The notes beneath the pieces are model-generated. The model worked only from the letters and a program-made list of their open reading frames with translations, was not told the origin of the DNA and searched no databases. A DNA stretch of 64,000 nucleotides from Camelus ferus (lineage: Eukaryota). Made by a program: the position numbers and the translations under genes. Where the stretch lies: NCBI RefSeq assembly GCF_009834535.1, contig NC_045706.1:7812001-7876000 (forward strand), written 5' to 3'. Each line of letters begins with the position of its first letter. The first letter of the stretch is position 1. Below are positions 58,181-64,000 of this stretch, in pieces.

Positions 58181-59463
58181 AACCTGAGGCATCTTTTCAC
58201 TGGGACGCCCCACGTTACAGGTGGGCCAGGAGGAGATCACAGGGTCCAGGTCACCCAGAGAGCAGGTCAGCCACTCAGGCAGAGGCCCAAGGCCACGCTA
58301 CAGGGACCCAGTCCAGGACTCTTTCTGCTCCACCAGGCTGCCTTCTGTGTCTCCAGCTAAAGGGGCCAGGATGCAGGGACAAGCTTGCAAATGACTGAAT
58401 CAAGTCATTCAGCCACAGAATGTTCCAGATACCTTCCGATCCCAACCAGTGTGTTAGCCCTTTGGGTCAGCCGTACAACTATACAGCAGTTCTTAATTAT
58501 GGAGGGGAACATGCAGATTTTGATCATGAAATTTCCCCACGAATCAGGGATGCTCTGACCATGGCACCAAAGGCCAAAGCCACAATAGGAAGCAGGTTAG
58601 CCCCCAGGATTCTGCCCCCACCGCCCCCTACGTGTGCTGTGACCCGAGCGGCTGTGTTTGGTGAAATGCTTCAGGGAAAATCAAACAGTCCTATCGGCCA
58701 CAGCTTCAGGGAAATCAAATTTTCCCTTCAGAGGGACATCTCAGGAGACTGTGGCCAACTTCAAGGTGCCTTTATTTGAATGCATTCCATTAGGAGAGGA
58801 GCAGGAAGAAGCACTGGCCTTTCAAGGTAACTCAATCAGACTCCGTGGCATTCACAGGGATATCGGTTACCGTAAGCCTCTCGGGGCAGCAAGGAGATTA
58901 AGACGCGGATTACCTGCCACTTACCGTGTGTCATCAAGGAAAGGGCGGCTTCGGCTACAAGCCCTGTTCAGTCGGGTCCTGGCAGGTTTTTCTCAAAAGG
59001 ATGGCGGACAGCATTTCTAAGCACATTTCAAACTGTCCGCCCTATCAGTGATGGGGACTCACCAACAGAGAGAGAGTGACAGCAATGTCAACAGCGGCCA
59101 TTGGGGGAATTTCTGACAAGTGGCCCTTTTGTGAAACGATGAGAATAGGAATAGGGAGGTGCTGGGTGTTGTTACAGAAGCTCGGGACCCACTTACAGGC
59201 ATCCTTACAGCCACCATCTCTGGGCCTGTTTCAGCCAAACATTTCACCCCCCATCCGTCTCCGTGCTTGGCCAAGGCGACACAGTTGTCAAGACAGGCAG
59301 AAGCAGGTCTGACACCATCTCTGGCAACAGGAGAAGCCAGCATGAGCCCCTGCCCTGAATTTGGTCAGCCAGACCAAGAGCGGGTTTTCCTCTTTAGTGA
59401 TAGCCCCGGGGGAAAGCCAAGAAGCACGGTGGCCTGGGTCCCCAGCCATCCTACAGTCCACAC

Positions 59464-59680
59464 CAGCACTCAGCAAACCATGACACAAGGGCCAAATCCG
59501 GACCACCAGCTATTTCTATAAAGTTTAATTGGAACAACAGCCACACTCATCATTTACACCATGTGCTTTCCTACTATCACGGCAGAGTTGAACAGTTATG
59601 GACAGAAACTGTACGGCCCACAAAGCTTAAAATACTTACAACTTCTGCCCTTTTATTAAAAAAAAAAAAAAAAATGGCCG
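59464..59680 (+). mobile_element. MER58A hAT-Charlie MITE
   Basis: gggccaaatccggaccacc...agtttaattggaacaacagccac...ggcagagttgaacagttatggacagaaactgtacggcccacaaagcttaaaatacttac. Confidence 0.85.
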
Positions 59681-60049
59681 TGTGCTGGTCTCCACCATTC
59701 CTTAGAGGAGCTCTCACAGGCCTGCTTAACCTCAGGTCTGCACTAGGGGGACGGGGCTGGAGGTCATGTCTTGACACCTTCTAAATTCCAGGATGTCAAA
59801 GGAGTGACTTTTGAAGAGAAAACCTTCCTGAAGCCCGAGAGCTAAGAATTGCAGGTGGGCTCATCTCAGCTGAGTTCTCCCCACCAAGAACTGCAAGATG
59901 ACCAAAAGAAATGGAATCCCCACTTGCGATAATTTTACTAAAGGGGACAGCTGATCAGGCTCAGAAATCTCGGGTGGCTTCCCACTGCCCAGGGGAGTTA
60001 AGAGAGACCAACTTCTGACCCTGGCACTGAAGCCACCCGCAGTCTGCAC

Positions 60050-60480
60050 GCAGATCCCCTGCCAGCCTCGCCTGCCAAGCTTTCACAGCCATGTTGCGTG
60101 TTATTCTTTCTGCGCCTGCGTCGTGCCTGTCTGTGCAAGAACTTCTACATCAAGACGGTCATGCCAACGTCTCGCTGTGCCTTTGGCCCTGTACTCGAGC
60201 GAAACAACTAGATATTCCGTGAACGCAACCTGTTCTTATGCTAAATCCTCCAGACCACTGGCCTCCTTCCATCTGCACCTGCGACCACACCTGGCCTGCA
60301 GGGCCCTTCTCCAGTGTACCCGTGAAACCTTCCTGCCTCCAGTCAGATGGCTCTTCTCCCTCCCTGGGCCTTCAGAGCCATTCTTCCCAGTGTCTCTGCT
60401 GGAACTGGTCAAATTCTACCTGACATTGATGTTATCTTGGGCCAAGGAACCATGGCATTCACAAATTAATGGTTTCCACT
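60050..60480 (+). mobile_element. Highly diverged L2 ORF2 (RT region) remnant
   Basis: gcgaaacaac...gctaaatcc...tcttctccctccctgggccttcagagccattcttccc follows the order of the L2 internal segment actgaaact...gccaaatcc...cccttggcttccatgacaccac. Confidence 0.45.
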
Positions 60481-62857
60481 ATTCTTGAGTGATCCCAGCG
60501 TGCAGGGGTGGCCATGGTGAGGATGGAGAGCTGCATTGTGGAAATTCTACCTAGACGACCCTGGGACCCCTTTCAAATGAACTGCCCACAGGGAAAGTTG
60601 GTGGGTCCTTAGACAGCATCTCTGTCTCAGTGTTAAGGGCTGTGCCCAGAAAGAGTACAGACCTTCAGGGGCCAGAGCCAGGAGGAAATGCTCAAGAAAG
60701 AAGATGGAGGCTTTGTGGGGTCTCCAGGGCGAGGTGGAGCTCCCCAGCCCCACCTTATCCAGCCCTCCATCACGTCACGGACGGGGCAGAGTGTCAGGTC
60801 ACTCTGTCAGCCAGCAAACACTGACTGGGCGCCTGTGACACACCGAGTGCCGGGGGAAGTGGTGAATGAGGCAAGGTTGCTGCCTTCACAGCACCGACAC
60901 TCTGACCCTGACCCAGCCCGGGAAAACCCGCATTCCCGGTAACACAGCGACAACAAAGCCTTCACTGTCCTCCGAGAGAGGCTCTGGGATAAGCTATACC
61001 ACCCCGCAGCTGCCAAGGACCAGCCAGGACCTGAGACAGACACACACAACTCAGCACCGTGTCCGAATGGGCCTCCCCCGCCCACCTGGGTAGCATCTTT
61101 CTTCCTGGGTTGGGGGAGTGTCCACAAAGTGCCATTTGAATCTGGAAGCAGAGAGGTCCCTGGGAAACAACCCCCCACCACAGGGCTTTTATGACACCCA
61201 GGAGAAGAGGCACGTGCAGGGGCCTCCGGTCTTCCCACCCTTTCTGGGTCCCGGGATGGCCCCAGGAGGCAGAACAGCCTAATTGCCCTCGGGGCAGCCT
61301 AGAGGTCTGGGGAAGGGCAGAGGGGGTGGCCCAGTGGCCGCAGAGTTCAGACTAACTCTGCACCGTGGCCCAGAGGTGGAAACTGGGCTTAAACCCAGCC
61401 TCTGGCTCCTAGGTGGGTGCTCTCTGCACCAGATGACTGCCCTCGGGCCCTGGTGGGGGGCAAATGGATCAGAACAGCAGATGTTTCACCCCAGCCACCC
61501 AGGCTCCCCTGCTGGCCTCGGGTTGGGAGGGAGGTTCCTGGGGAAGACCAGCTTCTGTGGGTTTGCCACAGACACTCTGAGGTTATCGACACCGTGAGCT
61601 GCCCACAAGCCCTTCTAAGACCAGAGCAGGTCCTGTTAGCCTCAGGATCCCCAGATCCCTGACACACACTGTGAGCGCTCCAAGCTCTGGCTGAATAAGC
61701 CACTGTCCTGGCCCCCACCCCTGCCCCCAAGGGGTCTCCTTTTGCCCTAGACCTTGACCCTCTCCCTCACCTTCCCTCTGGGCTCATGCGAATGGCAATG
61801 GGGCTGCACCCCCCTGGATGACAGAAGACAGATTCCTCAATCAATCTGGGAAATCCTTTAAAAATATGATTTTTTGTCTCTCTGGTGACCACAAATCAGA
61901 GTTAGGGTGGGGTCTGACTTTTTACATATCACCTGGTTGGAGATGCCAGGCAGGTAGGACCAATCGCCCATGCTCTTCTCTCTATGCCTGTCCAGTCTCC
62001 CGCCGACGGTGGGATTCCAGGCACGTGGATCCCTGGGCATCAGCGCTCATGCAGCTGGTTGACACGACTGCTGCGTGGACGTGGAACCACAGGCAGGGGT
62101 GGAAGAGGGAGTCAGGCCTTCCCTGTAGGAGATCTATAAGGTGCTGAGTCCTCCGTCTCACCCCTGACTCCTGCAGACCCACAGCCCCGCACCACTCCTC
62201 TGAGAGTTAGACCTTGAGCCACTAGTGCCCTGGCCTTGGCCGTGATGCAAACGGACTTCACCTCCCACTGACTCCCTTTCCCATAGAAAAGGGGGCTTGC
62301 CCGACCAGAATCAAAACCCAGCGTAGGTCAATTCCTAACTGAGCTCTGAGTTTCCCAGCGACCTTTCCAAATGCCAGCCCCCCAGCGGATGCTTGTGTCC
62401 GAGGTGGGGTGCCTTACAAGGGTCTCCTGTGAGAGGCTGTGCAGAGCGGGGAGGGGAGCCCTCAGAACCCCCGGCGTCTCCATTCTGGAGCCTTATTCCA
62501 CAGAAGACCCTGCTCCGGGTGCTGGCTCCCCTACCAGATACACTGAATCACCACAGGGAGTCCATCCCGGGAGCAACCAGTAGGCAGGTGCCTTGCAGGA
62601 GGCTCAGAAGCCACCAGACCCCCCAGCCTCTGCCCCCACCCCAGCCGGTGCCACCCCCCTGCTCAGACCCGCAGTCTCTCTCCTCTCCCTCCTCCAACCC
62701 AGCAGACGGGGCAGGGATCTCGGCATCTCCAGGAAGTGGAGAGCAATTTGTTTCTACCAAACGCTGTTTCTATCTCCTTCCTACCCTGCTGGCTCAGGTG
62801 CCAAAGTCAGCCTTTCACTGGAATCTCTGTGGCCTCCCGGGCATCGCTGAGAACCAG

Positions 62858-62946
62858 CCCCTTGCCCCCTCCTCCTCCTGCTGCTCTCCTCTCTCTCAAT
62901 TTCCCCTTTTTTCCTGCCTCGCACAGGTAATTGTGAGCCGGTGAGG
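62858..62946 (+). other. Strong 3' splice site with AG|GT junction (recursive splice site or microexon candidate)
   Basis: A 67-nt AG-free pyrimidine tract (62858-62924), CACAG ending at 62926, then GTAATT. Further donors GTGAGC (62933) and CCG|GTGAGG (62941). Confidence 0.35.
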
Positions 62947-64000
62947 GAAAGCCCTGGAGTATTCAGTTCCAAACGCTACCCAGCAGTTCTCAGAGGGCAC
63001 AAAGAATCGTGGTGAATGTCACATTGAGTCCCTGCAGCTGCACCTGCCGGCCGCCCCGGCCCCTCCGGTTCACCGGGGGGTCACCGAGCGCTGGCGGATT
63101 CTCCGATGGCGAGGAGCGCTACTATGTTTTCAGTTCACAGTGAGATTAAATCTACAACGTTTGACCTGTCTAATTTATTTTGTGGCTGACGGAGCAAGGC
63201 AAGCTCGTAGGAAGACGGGGCTGCATTTCTCCTCCTTAAACAAAACACCGTGGAATCTGCAGGAAGCTGTTCAGCGGCTCCGCGTTTCACTCCAGGTCTG
63301 GAAGCGAAAACGGCGTGTGATGAGCATTGGATTCCACAGCTTGGGCAGAAGTCAAGCCGACCTATCATTGTTTTTTCCATGGAACTACAGGCTCGGGCTA
63401 ATCAGCTCTGGTAACGTGAGGCCCTGGTGGGTTTGAGCACAAGCTCGAGGCTGCCAACCTTGACGGAGGTCAGACCCTTATCAGAATTTGCCCAGACTTG
63501 GCTGCACCCTTCAACATCCTTCTAGCCTTTTGTCTACCTTCGGGCCGAGGCTGCCCCTCCATCCTCCACAGACATGCCAGTTCTGTCCTCCTCCGTCCTG
63601 CAGGCCCAGGAGCCCTAGAAAACACACTCACATGTGCTGTCCAGGTGCAAGAAATTAAATGGCACTTCCATTTATACCTCCTACAGGGAGGCTCGGTCCT
63701 GGCTCTCCAGGGACTGCTCACTGTGCATTCTAGAACTGCTTTGTCAGCAGCAGAGCATCTTTTTTCCCCCAATGAATCCTAGGTGGGTCGCCAATAAACC
63801 AGATTCTGGCCAAGTGGCTCAACCTGGGGCGTGGATAAGAGTGTGGACTCAGCCCCGTCAGACCAGGCCCAGCCCTGGGGATGCTGGGACACTGCCACGG
63901 ACCCCAGTTTGAGACGCTCAGGCAGCAGAGAGACAGAGGTGCTCATAGCCAGACGGGTGCAACCAGCGCATGAAGGACCGGACAGCGCTTGCTTCTGCCA

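Noticed and set aside
62393-62944. 183-aa Pro-rich ORF ending at the AG|GT site
   Set aside because: Its composition reflects C-rich DNA and the polypyrimidine tract; no recognisable family.
1-64000. Naming the locus or host gene
   Set aside because: No coding exon or otherwise diagnostic sequence was recognised; any gene name would be a guess without alignment.

Overview
This is 64 kb of GC-rich mammalian non-coding DNA, most likely camelid. Three tRNA-Ala-derived SINEs of the Vic-1 type and cetartiodactyl-style L1 3' ends are present, and I recognised no Alu, PRE-1, Bov-tA/BovB or Can-SINE copies. I find no credible host protein-coding gene. The ORF track consists of chance ORFs, transposon remnants (L1 ORF1/ORF2, Tigger1 transposase) and ORFs held open by N-runs. 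The window is dense in old repeats (MIR, L2, L1ME, MLT1/MLT2, MER5A, MER58A, MER53, MER94, Tigger1) plus a few younger L1, SINE and LTR insertions with visible target-site duplications. Between the repeats are about ten repeat-free islands rich in homeobox, TALE, GATA, FOX, SOX and NFI motifs. These look like conserved enhancers in a gene desert or a very long intron of a developmental gene, but the locus cannot be named from sequence alone. The most notable observations are: (1) the N-runs behave like length-preserving masks rather than scaffold gaps, and three sit inside the best enhancer candidates; (2) a strong 3' splice site at 62926 is immediately followed by GT, suggesting a recursive splice site or a 6/14-nt microexon; (3) a forward CTCF site with its upstream module at 6244-6274 faces two reverse sites at about 38.2 and 41.8 kb; (4) a short inverted L1ME pair shares unusual bases; (5) several L1 insertions are structurally odd. 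Repeat family names come from recalled consensus sequences, and most boundaries are approximate; both need RepeatMasker/Dfam confirmation. Conservation and regulatory activity are inferred, not measured.
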